A stretch of DNA of 63,936 nucleotides, the filler included, from Platydemus manokwari (taxonomy: Eukaryota): the NCBI GenBank assembly GCA_037951405.1. It is 6 parts of 6 records of this genome, joined end to end, with 100 filler letters (N's around TTAATTAATTAA, not from the genome) between each part and the next. Parts side by side here need not be neighbours in the genome. Positions count along the whole stretch, not along the records: positions 35,270 to 44,668 come from JBBMOY011254985.1; positions 44,769 to 55,120 come from JBBMOY011141660.1; 4 more parts are not named here. One strand, given 5' to 3'. Positions 41,315 through 55,220 of this stretch are shown piece after piece. Both the position numbers and the translations under genes were made by a program. The stretch's first letter is position 1. The number at the start of each line of letters is the position of its first letter. The notes beneath the pieces were generated by a model that saw nothing but the letters and a program-made list of their open reading frames with translations, searched no databases and was not told where the DNA came from.

Positions 41315-41937
41315 TTAAGATAATTTTTTGGCTTAAATTAAGAAAAAGAGTCTTTTGACCTACTTTCGTTATAATGAATTTTCGTGCATAAGATAATTTT
41401 ATCACTAAATTTTATATGACTCAGAGGTTTGATTTGAGGTATACATCAGTTAATATCTCATTTTAAGATGTCTAGTAGTGGAAAAACAGTTTTTAAACCA
41501 AGTTCCCATTTTAATCTTAACACTTCTATATGTGTATTTGAGTTTTTAAATTTAATTTTTTATAATTATAAATCGAGTAACTTAATTACAGATATGTTTA
41601 ATAATATCATTGCCAATTTTTATAAAATAATTCTAAAAATTGGTAGTATCTCTCAATTTGCTTCTAATGTTAAAAAAGGGGTCTTCGTTAATTTTCAATA
41701 AATTACAATACAACCTATTTTTTCATTTTTTCAAATAATCAAATTTTAGGAGATTTTGAACATCTAGTGTATTTATTATTTGATTTTCAACAACAAAAAC
41801 TCAATCTAAAGTACTTAAATAAAAATTCAAAATGTTTTTAAAGAATATAATCAAATATACTAGATAGAATTTTGCAATACATTCAACAAATTTAAATTTT
41901 CACTTGAGGGCCCTTTGTTTCAACCTTATACTCTTAA
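41315..41937 (+). mobile_element. Near full-length TTAA-flanked MITE (Kolobok/T2-like)
   Basis: Colinear with 56881-57501 throughout (ggcttaa.ttaagaaaaag...ttgacctactttcgt...gattttgaa...ttgcaatac..caacaaatttaaa..ccct). TTAA at both ends. Confidence 0.75.
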
Positions 41938-44668
41938 TTTTTTCAATTCAGAAATATATGCTTCTGCAAATCTCAAGAAAATACGAATACTCATGTAGAT
42001 GACAATACTTGAAATGTAAGTGCGCTGGTTTTTCTACTCAAAAATATAACGGTTCTTACTTTAATCTACATTGGAGTAACATAAAAGCGTATTATTAAAT
42101 AAAATGCTAGACTGAATAAACCATAGCAACATGAGAATTTTATATAAAGATCACTGAATGTTTATTTGTACATGGTTATATCCTGATAAATCATTAATAG
42201 GTTCCAAGTGATGCTCAGTGATGCATTTGAGGTCTGGGTTATCACCATGAAACTGTTGACCATTGCAAGTACTGTGTTATTCTAAGAAATCGATATTATT
42301 GTAACCAGAATAATGAGAATGATGTAACACAATGAAAAATGTTTTTTCTATAAAAATAAATTGTCACTAATGCAGAATTATTGATATTAAGGTAGCTGTA
42401 TTTTGCGGTAAACTGTTGGTGGGATTGTAATTCTAACAACATTATATACCGTAGTGATTCGAAGTGAAATTTTCAATGTAAAATTATAATAACAAATAGG
42501 AAATAAGTTTATCATATTGCCTATCATGCCATAAAAGTGAGCAACTGCGTATATAGTCACTTCACGAATATCGAAATTAAAATGAAAACCAATGACTGCC
42601 ATGTAATTAAAATGTAAATTTGGTGCCATCTCTGTAAAGCTAACACGTTAAAAATATGGCTTATCAACATCGAAAAGCGAATAATATCAGAAAATTTCTT
42701 GATTATTTACTTCAATCACGATGAAGTGTTTAATAACCAGTAATTTACCTCAATTATAGACAGCTTAATAATTTTGTGGGGGATTTGTTCGATTTTTTAA
42801 GATTTATCTTAATTTAACCTGATGGAATTACATCACAAATCCCGATAATATATAATCAGACCATGTAAAGTGATTTAGCTATAAATTTATTTGTAGTTTT
42901 TTACTTGAGTGTTTTCAAACCATGTATTGAACACAGCGGTAAAGAAGTTTAGTTATGGTACAGGTTCACGTTATTAGTTTTAATAATCATTTTTTTGATT
43001 ATTTGTGTAATTCGTGATTTTTCAGTCATTTTGAAATGTGCTATTTACGAAATACTCGCGGCTCACATGGGTACCAAGTTTTTAAATTCCTTATATACGA
43101 AATGAAGGTATAAAAGAAGATAGAAAAGAAAATATAAAGAAACGAAAGAAAATATAAATTAAAATATTTAGAGTATTCAATAAAGCGATAATTAAGAATT
43201 CAAAGAAAATCAAATATTTTGAAGAAAGATGAATGTGAGTATTTTGAAATTTAAAAGATTTCTTAATCTCATTTCGGTATTGTGACTTTGCAGTTATTTC
43301 CAGTGAGTTCTTTATAAACTAACAGCACTTAGATTTCTGACAAAATTGGTTTTACCTACTAATCTCAGCTAAATAATACAATAGCTTCAATCGAATTCAG
43401 TGAAATAAAATCGGGAGATTGAAGAGACGAAAATTTATTCCAAGAAACTCAAAAAATTATGCTCAGTCTAATAGATAACATGGTAATATTAAACCAAATT
43501 TCTACTGGTAACACTTAAGGCATAATAAATTTCGGAATTTTCGATCCGTTTAATCTGAAACCGGTTAGCATAGAGATAACAATAAAACTGCTTTCTCAAC
43601 AGAGTATTGATTTATAACAAAATCATATCAGGTTTTAACTGGCCATTCCGTAAATATTATTCAGATAATAGGTAATAGCGGCAAGAATCCACACTTGTTT
43701 GCAGAGTAATGGAATCATGGAATGAAGAGATATGGTAATTAGATATTTATTTACAAAAACAAAGTCTCAAGTAAACAATCCAATTAAATTCCAGCTTATT
43801 AGTTGTCTTGATCATGTTCAATGATTTAGAAATCGTCGCCAATAAATGGGGATAATTTCTCATTGAATTTGATGGAATGATTTTAGTTTTAATTTCAGCC
43901 AAATATCGATGACCTAATTTTGGTGATTCGCCTGAGATTCATCTTAGTTAGACGATAAGAATTTTCCAAAGCCTGATTATTTCATTAAGGAGATAGATAA
44001 ATTTTCACCTCAAATAAACCGATTATAACACAGACTATTTGGAACGATATGAAATTTATTCATTAATTAGTCGAGATTTGAGTTTAATTTTTATTTGAGA
44101 TTGAAAAAATATCTATTCATAAATAAATTTAGTTTAATTTTAAAAATCGAGTTATAATTTATTTTCCAGTCGAAATCAAGCTCTAGAATTAATTTAGAAA
44201 CAAAACACACTGGATTCGGATACCAGCAATAAATCATTCATGTTAATAATAGAGAACAAGATATAAATTTCTATGACAGAAAAAAGCATCGTGATTGTTA
44301 CTAAAATAAAACAGTGAAAAAATTACTTGATATTTTAAAATTCATTAAATTCAAATTGCGCATTATATAAACAAATAAGAATAATTTTATATAAAATCTA
44401 AATTTAATCTTTGAAAATTTAATTCATTCATATATTTTCACATCCCTCTTTCTTTAAAATCCTCGATTTCTTTTGTTTTCTTAACATATATTGTATCGAA
44501 TACTATAAATATTTATCTACATGTAAAATATATAACTCCTCTATCTTTTTAATATCTTCTCTACAACGTCTTTATATTAGGTTGTAAATAGAGTTCGCGG
44601 ACAAAATTGTAAATAAAAATTTGCCATCACGTTTTGCCATCGATTTATTCAATGGATTAATTATTTTA

Positions 44669-44768
44669 NNNNNNNNNNNNNNNNNNNNNNNNNNNNNNNN
44701 NNNNNNNNNNNNTTAATTAATTAANNNNNNNNNNNNNNNNNNNNNNNNNNNNNNNNNNNNNNNNNNNN
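44669..44768. other. Artificial concatenation spacer
   Basis: N44-TTAATTAATTAA-N44. Confidence 0.95.
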
Positions 44769-46057
44769 ATTATAAAATCGATAGTAATAAGATAATATGG
44801 TCGGTTATATATCCATATTATAAAAGTAGTAACATAATATAACAAATGTCCGTAAATTGTGAGAAATTATAGAAAAATGTAGCAGGTGCTCACGTATTCC
44901 ATTTAAATAATACTATAAATATGGACGACAATCATAGTAGTTTACCCGTAGCAAAACTTAAATTTGGAATTTCAAGATAATTCATTCTATCCAAGATAAT
45001 TATAATTATTGTATAAAATTACAAGTTTGGGTAATTAAAGAAGAAATTTTGCTAAGCTTTTTGACATTTTCTCGGAGACAACAAAATAGTAAACCTATTA
45101 TTTAACTGTTAGATAATTTTTATACTTAAAATTTTGTAACTTATTAAGATTATAATTAAAAAATTAAATTAGTAATTATCACTGCTAAATTTAATATTAA
45201 TACACTTTTGGTGAATACTCCGAGTAACGGGTTTTTGTCTCTTAACTTCTTCGTCTGTGTTACGGATTTAGTAGTGACACGCTTGAGTGTTGAACTTCAC
45301 ATTTTGACAATGTTTTTTGTTATTTTTAGCCTTCATAAGTTTCATTATTCATCAATAAAAAATTATTCAATCTATCATGGAGTTTTGAATTGGGTATCAG
45401 TAACATAGTATATAACAGATACTACAAATTAACATATTTATTGTGTTTAGAACCATACAAATATTATTAACTATATTTCTCTTATAAAAAATTATTCTGT
45501 AAGTTTTGTACTTTATTAACTATATCAACTAATAATATACAATCAAATAAATGAATAGCTATTTATGAAAAATAATATTGCCATACATAGATTAGCATCA
45601 ACTAACCTGATTATTAATGAAATGAAATCGACACGAGAATTGATCAAAATTTGATAAACCAACTCTTCAAGATTTTAAAATACAATATGATTTTTCTTTA
45701 GTTTAATATGTCATCATATGTTATACCACCGCCACTATTTTAATTGTAGTAAATAAATGCTTTATAAATGATCAAATAAATGAATGCATCTATATATGTT
45801 GTATATATGTGCTTAAGATTTTTCTTCAGAATGCATATCATACATAACTTATGCAGGAATACTAATTATACAGCACTTCTAATTATAATTTATACTTTAA
45901 AGTAGATAACTAAATAGAATATTTACTACTCTAAAAATTAATAACTATATAGATTAATATATTTAGCTTTTCACCGGTTGTCAAGACCAACAAAACTAAA
46001 CTTGTTATTATTCAAGCCAATTTTGAAAATGACTAGAAAACGGCTTGAATAATTTTT

Positions 46058-46693
46058 ATGGATTTATTTATTATTTTATTCATTTTATTATTTGGAAACT
46101 TTTTAAATATTGTTTCAAATATCAATACTAACGAAATTTTTATCTGGAATAGTGATTGCCAAACTTTACAATTCATGTTTTTATGCACCAACGGTTGTTC
46201 AGACCAATATAATGTAACTCTTATTTCAAACAGTACTAATAGTACTTTACATTCGCAACCAGGTTATTGTAATAACGGACAAATTATAAACTTTTTCAAT
46301 ATAAACTGTCGTCAGAGCTATTATATAGCTGCCTTTATCATTTCCTTCGGAAAGGAAAAAGATTGTGTTTCCAGAAATCACATAAAACTTGTTTCGCAAA
46401 GTCGAATTTACGGGAATGGAACCTGCTCTGATAGCAATTTTCATGAAAAGTCATTGCCTTTGACAAGAGACTGCGAGGAAATGATCACAATTTCTCCAGG
46501 TAAAAACGTTGGAAATATGAATTATATAATAATAATTATTCCAGTTTTTATTTTTATTGGATTATTATATGCCTTTTATCGCTTTGCACATCCTTTTAGT
46601 TCTATTCCTCAATATTATGAAAATTATAAAAATCCTGTTTATATCTCATTTAAATTCTTACAGACTAATCCAATTGAATTTAGTTTTTTGTAA
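46058..46693 (+). CDS. Orphan type I single-pass membrane protein (signal peptide, 8-Cys ectodomain, TM, Tyr-rich tail), 211 aa
   Basis: 636-nt ORF in very AT-rich DNA. Hydrophobic N-terminus, N-glycosylation sequons NVT/NST/NST/NGT, TM YIIIIIPVFIFIGLLYAFY followed by R, tail with YENY and NPVY. Confidence 0.7.
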   Translation: MDLFIILFILLFGNFLNIVSNINTNEIFIWNSDCQTLQFMFLCTNGCSDQYNVTLISNSTNSTLHSQPGYCNNGQIINFFNINCRQSYYIAAFIISFGKEKDCVSRNHIKLVSQSRIYGNGTCSDSNFHEKSLPLTRDCEEMITISPGKNVGNMNYIIIIIPVFIFIGLLYAFYRFAHPFSSIPQYYENYKNPVYISFKFLQTNPIEFSFL

Positions 46694-48574
46694 AATTATT
46701 TTATGGATATTTGTGTTGTGTAAATTTTCTGTTGCTCGTGTTTTGTATTGGTGAAAAACTTTGGAATAATTTTATTATAAAGCCTAAATAATAATATCAA
46801 ATGAAAGTCGATTTTATCAAAATTTTAATCAGGTTATTTGCAAAAGGTTTTATCTTGTAATAATTATTGGTTTTTATTGATTTTTCCAAGCTCAAAAATA
46901 AATTTTTAACGTATTCATTTTAAACTTTGTTCGGATAAAACGAGAAAATTTTAAATAAATTGTAATCAATCAGGAAAATTAGGAGTAATTATAATATGAA
47001 AGTTGTCATGCAATATACTATGATTTAGGGTTATTTCCCCAACTTAAATTTAACTACCCTTTCAAAAATAAGTTAGAGTATTTATAATAATTAGTTTTTT
47101 TGAAATTATCCCTATTCACCTGAGAAATTTGAAAATAAAAAGATATAAAAAAATAATAAAACTAAAAGCTATAAAATAAAATATTTTAAATAAAATCTAC
47201 ACATTTTGAATCTAGGTATCGTCGATATATATAAAGATATGCTAATGTATAAGACTAGAGTGTGCAGTAAATATTGCAAATGTGAATAACTATATAGCAG
47301 GGCATTTGTAGCAGTCGTATCGATTTAAATGAATCACACAGCTATCGAAATAGCTGAGGGCTCCAATGATATAAAAAATGTGCTTAACATTATATTGTTT
47401 GGTAATTAATAAATAATCTTCCCCAGATAATGATAACAATTGATTCTTCGATGAATAAATATTTTGTGAAATAGTTCGAATTAAGATAAATGCTGAATTT
47501 CGTCGAAAAATTATTTGCCAATAAAGAACTACCAAGCACAACATGGCCAATTTTTATATTTTACACAAGCGGAATCATGTATCCACTTGATGGCCTTTCC
47601 TACCATGGGTCTATATGACTCATACCATCATATTATTCTGGTTTCGTCTTTTATAGCCTTAAAGTAATTTAATCAAACAAAAACAAATTTTATTTTTTCA
47701 TTAAAAAAATTTTCGTATAAAATTTTATTTTTCTTTAAATTGTTTTTTATAATTTAATTACAATTACCGTTTTATGTCTGTACTTTAATTTGATTTTACT
47801 TTAATTATTATTTTCTGATTTATGTACTGTGTATGGGATAGTGTTCAAAGCGTAATGTTAATAATTTTATTCTATTTAATCATATCCAACACGGCTAGAT
47901 TCCGCAAAATGAACAAATTACTAGTGTTTACAGAACAAAAATAAGAGATGTTCCTAAAAACCATGACAAATAATGCAACCAATCAAAATTAACAAAAAAG
48001 ATAGACTATCATATAAAACATGGACTTTGAAAATAGAAAAGTCTGGAAGAAATTCAAACCATGTATAATAAATTTCAAGTAATTCTATGATGTCGGAATT
48101 GAATTATAGATCAATTAGCATTCATTTTTACTATTACCTTTCAACTTCGTGTTCCAACTATCTACAGCGAATCTATAAACCCTTGTTGAATAAATTTTAA
48201 ATCAAGATTTCACATAAAAATATTTTTACACCCATATTAATAAAGCACTGACTTACACTCACTATAATAATGAACTCTCCTTATTTTTTATATCTGAACA
48301 TAGGACCATTAATTCATTAATACTAAGATGTAAATGTTTATAAAATTTAATCAAATAATACAATAATATATGGTAAATACCATTGCATTGTAAAATCAAC
48401 GATTTAAAAGTATGCTTATAGTATAGCATAGCCGATATAAAAATTCCAAGTCTTAACCCAATCAATTTATTTAAAAATCTAAAATATCCAATGGAAACCT
48501 CTATAATGACAAGTTGAATCAATTCATTAAAATAATTTTCGAAAAATGATATCATTGTAGAAATCACAACCACT

Positions 48575-50242
48575 TCAACTGATGCTTTGCACAGCCATTC
48601 TAGCAGCTTCGTCTAGATCTGAAGACATCTTCATTGGAATACCACTTGCTGCCAAAATGTTTCTGGCGCTTTCAACATTAGTTCCTTCTAGCCTAACAAT
48701 AAGTGGCACATTAAGTTTGATTTCTTTACAAGCCGTTGCGAGACCTTCAGCAACAATAGCACAATTGACGATTCCACCGAAAATGTTGATGAAAATGGTT
48801 TTAACTTGTTGATCACCTAAAAAATAAAATCAATACAAGTTGGACGATTTTCAGCAAATCCTCTCTAACTAACTCGTCAAAATTCTAAATGCTTCCTTGA
48901 CTTGTGGTGCAGTTACGCCACCACCTAAATCTAAAAAATTGGCAGGTAATCCTCCATTGAGTTTGACGATATCCATTGTTGCCATAGCGAGACCGGCACC
49001 ATTGACAACGCAACCAATGTTTCCTTTGAGACCTATGTAATTCAATCCATTGAGCGCTGCTTCGATTTCTCGAGGATCTTGCTCCTCCGCTATGGGATCA
49101 TGCATATCAAAGATTTCTCGTTGTCGAAATGATGCATTATCATCGAAATTGAGTTTGGCATCAAAACATACAATATCACCAGAAGGTGTCACTCCTAAAG
49201 GATTGATTTCTATCTAAAATCACTGGGCAATTATTCAAGACGAAAACATTTAATCGCTGATAAATATTGCTTATGTTGAAGATTCCAGAAAAATCACAAG
49301 AGATTTCAATTATTTAATCCCACCACAAGAATCCTTACCAGCAATTATTATAAAACTGACTTACCATTGTGCAATCGTGTTGCAAGAACAAATCATAAAG
49401 TCCATTTAACTGTTTTGCCAATTCTTCTATGTGTTTATCGGTTGTGAATTGTAAATGTTTCGCTATCTGTACCGCCTGATCCTTGGTGATACCCTAAATT
49501 TAAAATTAAAAGCTGATTCTTGAAAATGATTTCATGTCAACACAAAGCAGCTAGATAATCGTAAATAATTCTGGGAATATATATATAACATATTTTCTCC
49601 AATTATTGTACTTTATTCAGATTTATTATCGTCTTCAGGATGGCGGACGGATTCTTAGCTGCTACATCTTCGATATCCATGCCTCCTTGTGAACTACTAA
49701 CGACTACTAAACCCCCACTAGATCGATCCATTAAAAAAGCTAAATAAGTTTCTCTGGCAATATCTAAGGCTTCAGCTACCATAACCTATAACTACAGTAA
49801 ATTTAATATTCTAACTCCCTCGTGTTACTTTGTTAACTAAAACACCGTTTGAAGATGTTTGTTTTGTGATAAGTCTTTGACCTAACATATTTTTAACCAA
49901 ATTAGGTACTTCTTGAGCGTTTTTTGTTAAATGTACACCCCCTTTAAATCCATTTGTAAAAGTGCCTTTACCTCTTCCACCAGCCAAAATTTGCGCTTTG
50001 ATAACATACTCACGAGCCTAATATGAATTGTATATAAAATAAGATTAATAAAATATTGAAACTTTAAAGTTCTTGCTAATATCGATTGCATCACTTTCAG
50101 TACTTGCAACTTTAAACTTTTGAATGTTTAACCCAAATTTTGACATTAATGTTTTGCTTTGATATTCTTGTAAGTTTAATTTGCGAGTTTGATTCCATAT
50201 TGGGAAATTTATAACAGAATTTAGTTTTTGAAATTTATACAT
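48575..50242 (-). CDS. SUCLG2: Succinyl-CoA ligase [GDP-forming] beta subunit, mitochondrial, 417 aa; exons 50242-50063, 50017-49829, 49785-49612, 49493-49365, 49213-48874, 48816-48575
   Basis: Spliced frame reads [93 protein letters not shown]. Five GT-AG introns (45, 43, 118, 151, 57 bp) keep the frame. LNLQEYQSK and FLDLGGG favour the GDP-specific paralog. Confidence 0.95.
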
Positions 50243-50838
50243 AACTTAAAATTGACGCTCAAATAATTGAAAATGTAAACAAACATTTCCAAGACTTAAT
50301 TTGTAAAGCATGTTGATACACGTAGAAAGAATTTTTCGCTGATTCTGAAATAAGATTTCATTCTATATAGGTAAGTAATCGTTACAAAATATAAAGACAC
50401 TTATAACAATTGCAAAATTAAATTATTTTTCAAAAAATAATTATTATTTTCAATTATCCACTGAATTTTCAACGAATAACTATTTAATAGTTTCATATAT
50501 TTACATTTTATTAAGAATTATCTAACTACGAAAATAAACTCAATTTATAACATATCTATATAGTATTTTACTTTAAAATTAGTTATTTTCAAGAATAAGT
50601 TCTACCAAGAAAAATATTATACGAGTAATGTCGAATGAAAATCTTCTGGGTTTATTTAATTAGATAAGTTAAATTACGAATACTAACTCAAAAAAAATAA
50701 AACTAAGAACATGGAAATTCAAAACATTATTGGCATATTTTTGCCTCAGTCTCCGTCCAAAGTAACAATTTATAATTCTAACAAATAACAATACCAAATC
50801 TGTACAATAATCGATATACAATTTTCATCAGTCTATTA

Positions 50839-50945
50839 CAGAGATGGTCAACTTTTATGTGCGTAAGATCGACTTTTCATTTGAATAACATCTCACGCGA
50901 TAGACCAAAATTGGCTTCAAGATCGACCAGTCTATTGAGCATTAG
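50839..50945. mobile_element. Short hAT-like MITE remnant
   Basis: Starts CAGAGATGGTCAACTTTT, with internal gatcgac/gatagac repeats and a degenerate tattgagcat end. Related fragment tcgacttttcattt near 39330. Confidence 0.45.
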
Positions 50946-51000
50946 AGAAAAAGACCGGAGTAATTTGCCTGACAGTGTTAACTTTTGAATTTTTATCGTG

Positions 51001-51342
51001 GTCAAAATTGTTGGGAAAACGTCTTACTATATACCATCGGATGCCCCAAGTACATCTTACCATATATAACCCGACGACCCAAGTACGTCGTATCATGTAC
51101 CACCTAATGCTCCAACCACAGCCACAAATGCAAATGAGAAAATCGAACTAGATCAGGATGGCAACTGGGATGGAACGATTTATCGTGGGGATAAGCCCGA
51201 GAAGGTTGGCCGGAAGGAACCTCAAAAGACGGTCAAGATGGAGCCAACAATCCCAGTGGACTCAAGAGAAGAGCATTCCCGATGGTGGGGAATGCACAAG
51301 AGGGTAGACCTAGACGAACAATATGATCTAGGATTTTCATAA
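51001..51342 (+). pseudogene. GC-richer interrupted ORF of unknown family with three 33-nt repeats
   Basis: KTSYYIPSDAPSTSYHI*PDDPSTSYHVPPNAP...WWGMHKRVDLDEQYDLGFS*, with a single in-frame TAA at 51067. Confidence 0.45.
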
Positions 51343-52599
51343 ACATTGATCTTTACATTTGATTTGATTTTTACATTGTCTATAATCTGTATCTTATTTT
51401 ATGTAATTCCCAAGTCCTTCCTTTTAAATGTATACTGTATTCAAATATTTGTATAATGTATTTGTTACAAATTATATTTTTAATGAAAGTTATTATGATG
51501 GAAACTTTAACAAAAATAAACGTTAAAATAATTCGGACAACAAAAATAATAAATAACGCGCCCAAAATAATAATAATACAGTAGATACCGCTTAAAGCAC
51601 TAGAAATTTAATAGAAATTGTTAATAGTTCGACGTGTAAACGACTCTATCGAAAGAAAAGCGAAACTCTGAAACATTAGTTGGACTTTCATAACTTTTCT
51701 GAGGACAGGTATCAGATAAGGCACAGTAGGAAAAGAAGTTAAAAGAATATGTAAAACAAAATAATTTAGAGATTATGAATATGGATTCTCACAGTTGAAC
51801 CAGATATTTTGTGTATTAAAAAGGAAGCACACTGAATTAAAATCAGTAAAAGTTAAGAAGAAAGGAAGTGGTGATAGCAATCATAATATTAATAAATAAA
51901 TATGCATTGCTGATTCTGCAATATGAAAAATCCTCAAAATTTCGATCCATACACTCGATGAACTCGCGTGCCAATAGTCAATCAGATGCCCCCAAATGGC
52001 AGCCCATGAATAAAATTTATCATCAACAAGTAATAATAAACACTAAGATAAGCCAATGGAATTAAAAGTGAACCTACCAACAAACTAGTATATAAACTGT
52101 TTCAGTGAATAAAAAGGATCAAGATAGCAGGTAAACAAACTCAGCAGATTTGTAAAAAGAGTCACTTCTGGCAAGTTACTACCTGTCTTTCTTGGTCGAT
52201 ACTTTTTGTCTGTTTAACTCTTTCACATGCTTGTTTTAATGACCAATTTTTATGGTAATTGTTTCTATTTCTATTCTCTTTCGGGTGCTGATACCGTTGT
52301 AAATTGATCACTGACTTTACTATTCTTGATTTAATGTGTAAAATTATGATTAATAATAAAATTCTGATAGTTATGTTGGAATATTAATCAACAATTTATA
52401 TCTGAAAACTGTATTACTCAAAATATCACAATCAAAATCTCAATAACTACAAGTAAATTATTTTACATCTCACAATGGTAAATCGTATAAGACGGCATCA
52501 GCATCCGAAAGTCAAAAATAGAATATAAAATAATTAGAAAGACTGATTACTAAAAATAGCACAAAGATAAGCTGAACACACAAGTTACCGACCTAAAAG

Positions 52600-52915
52600 A
52601 CTAGGAGTTATTCATGGATCTCAATCTCTTTTATAGACTTATCTGGTGTGTCTGCTTGATGTCGCAAATCTTCGTTTTTCATTTGCCGAATACGTTCGTA
52701 GATCGGTCCACTTGAAATTTTCTTCGCACCTTTCTTGTGCCACATGAGGTATTTGAGCTTGTTGCCATCTCTAGATATCTGGCTGTCGATTCTTAGCTTC
52801 TAAATGTGGATTAATATTAGAACGGTTGTGTTTATAGGGTTTGTGTGTATCGACCATTATTTGGGTTATTTCCTTGGTTCTTGTGACCATTTTAATTGAT
52901 ATGTGATATACCAAC
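52600..52915 (-). pseudogene. Disrupted paralog of the 59095-59550 ORF
   Basis: Translates SQEPRK*PK..SNINPHLEAKNRQ..QQAQI..QADTPDKSIKEIEIHE*, with stops and frameshifts. Confidence 0.65.
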
Positions 52916-55045
52916 TATTAATTATTGGCCTTTGAGTTATAAGAACACTGGAGGTTGATTACGACTCAGGAGTAACTCATGTATAATTTAAAGGAGCTTT
53001 TGGATTAATTTTGTGAAAAAATTAAAATTAATTAATTATTTTTAAAAATTATTTTGACTTTCAAACACTTGAGTTGAATCGTATGCAAGTAAATAATGCG
53101 ACAATTATCGTTTAATTTTTTCGTGTTTTAAGTAGTTCTGGTACTTTTTTTAAATTATTTTAATATTTTTAGGAAGGAGCAGTTTCATTTATTCAATAGT
53201 TTACAAGATACGTTGAATTCCATAAATATTGTAATATAACTTATAGCGAATTAATTTGAAAATATTTATCTTAAAGGCCAATCATTTGTCGCATTAATTT
53301 ATTCATTTTTAAAATTTTATTTAATTGTTTATTATGTGAATTTGACTAATTTTCATGTTGATGTTGTATTTCTGAAACATTTAGTTTTTGTTTAATGTAT
53401 AAAAAATTGTTTCGTTATTAACATAGATAGACGTTGGTGTTTAAACTCTACAAAACAGGTTTAATGTTATTATAATTATAAAAATTAAAAATATATCGAA
53501 AATTAATTAAATTTCATTTACAGTGAAGAAAAGTTTAGCTAAATTTTATTAGAAAGTTGTTAAATTATTTAAGCCATAAGCTGAAAGATATAAAAAAGAA
53601 ATTTTATTTTAATTATTAAATAATATTTTTATGATAAAAATAACTTAAGAACTAGGAATTGGCCTCTATAAAAAAAATATAAATAACGGACAAATTCAGT
53701 CGCAATTAACTTGAATTAAAATTGACAGCAGTTATTGACACCACAAAATGGCAAATATATTAAATAAATATAATGTTTCGTTCAATCATATTCAAGTGGT
53801 TAGAAAGTTTTTTTGAAACGAAAATTATAGACAAAAATAAAGCATTAAAAAGAAATTCAAATATTTGCATTTTTATTTTTATTTCAAAATCTATATTTAA
53901 TGAAAGGAGTTTTTAAAGAGGTCTATTGTGATATAATCGATTCTCATTCTGTTTTAAACTGCCGTTAATTTTATCAAGTACTTAAAATGAGTTGAATTGA
54001 ATATAAGTATTTGTTATTTTTTATTTTAGCAGTAAATTTTAATAGCAATCGAATCATCAACTTCAAACCTGCTTTTTAATAAACAGAACACACTAACAAA
54101 ATACCAATAAGCAATAGAATATAAATTTTCTAAAATAATAACTTAGTGGCAACTTTTCATAGATCATAGCACAAGTTGAGAACAAGCAATAGACATTTAT
54201 GATTTCAAAAATACCCTAGATTTTGATAATTTTATGACATTGATTTAATTAACTTATTTTTTGATGTTGTTAAATTATTTTGTTTTGTTATTATTTTCTT
54301 GGTGTTATATTATGTATGTATTTAACATTATATATTCAACTATAATCATTTAAACAAATTAATATCTTCAAATACCCTGTTCTTTAAAATTTTTGATTTT
54401 ATATCTTTTCCTAATTATTTCTGTATCGAATTCTCTAAATATTTATATAAACGAAAATTTCTATAAATGACTACCACAGTCATTCCCAAGACAATCACAA
54501 TAAATGTTAATGAAAAAAACTAGGGTGAAAAGTTGCTAAAAACATAATTAAACTTTCGATATCAAATTTAGTAATTCGAAATTTTGTGAGAAAGTTAGTG
54601 TATAACTTTTTGAAACTATATAAAAGTTTAATAAAAGTTAATGGCGGTGCGAACCATAATCATTATTGTTAACATTATAGAAGTTGTATTTAATAATTCT
54701 GATTTATTGAAAATGAGGCCTTTTTTAGCTCACGTAAGTTCAATTTTTATAATCAAAATATCAAATTATGTATCTGGAGAATCTGTACTGATTCTCGATT
54801 TACAGTTAATTTTTATTTTCAAAAAAGTATTATAAAAACATTTTTAGCGAACTCACCTAGTAATTATACGAGTTGGTACTTCGATATAATTTTCAATATT
54901 TATATTAATTATTATTATATTATTTTTAAGAATCACTCATTGAAAGAGAACTCAAAAGTCTTAACATCCAATTTTATTTAAAAATAATTATTTAAACAAA
55001 TAAATTTGATTTATACCAAAAAAATTTATACCAAATTAAATTTTA

Positions 55046-55120
55046 TATATTGGGTCTATAACTTAAAAACCGGAATTTTTTTAGAACAATTGAGTGTTTA
55101 TTAAAGAAAATCTTGTACAA
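55046..55120. mobile_element. Inverted copy of repeat end seen at 5-78, running into a contig end
   Basis: tatattgggtctataacttaaaaaccggaatttttttagaacaattgagtgtttattaaagaaaatcttgtacaa. Confidence 0.6.
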
Positions 55121-55220
55121 NNNNNNNNNNNNNNNNNNNNNNNNNNNNNNNNNNNNNNNNNNNNTTAATTAATTAANNNNNNNNNNNNNNNNNNNNNNNN
55201 NNNNNNNNNNNNNNNNNNNN
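55121..55220. other. Artificial concatenation spacer
   Basis: N44-TTAATTAATTAA-N44. Confidence 0.95.

Noticed and set aside
16508-50242. BiP, E2, GPCR and SUCLG2 as a functional gene cluster (for example ER quality control)
   Set aside because: The genes lie on different pieces separated by artificial spacers
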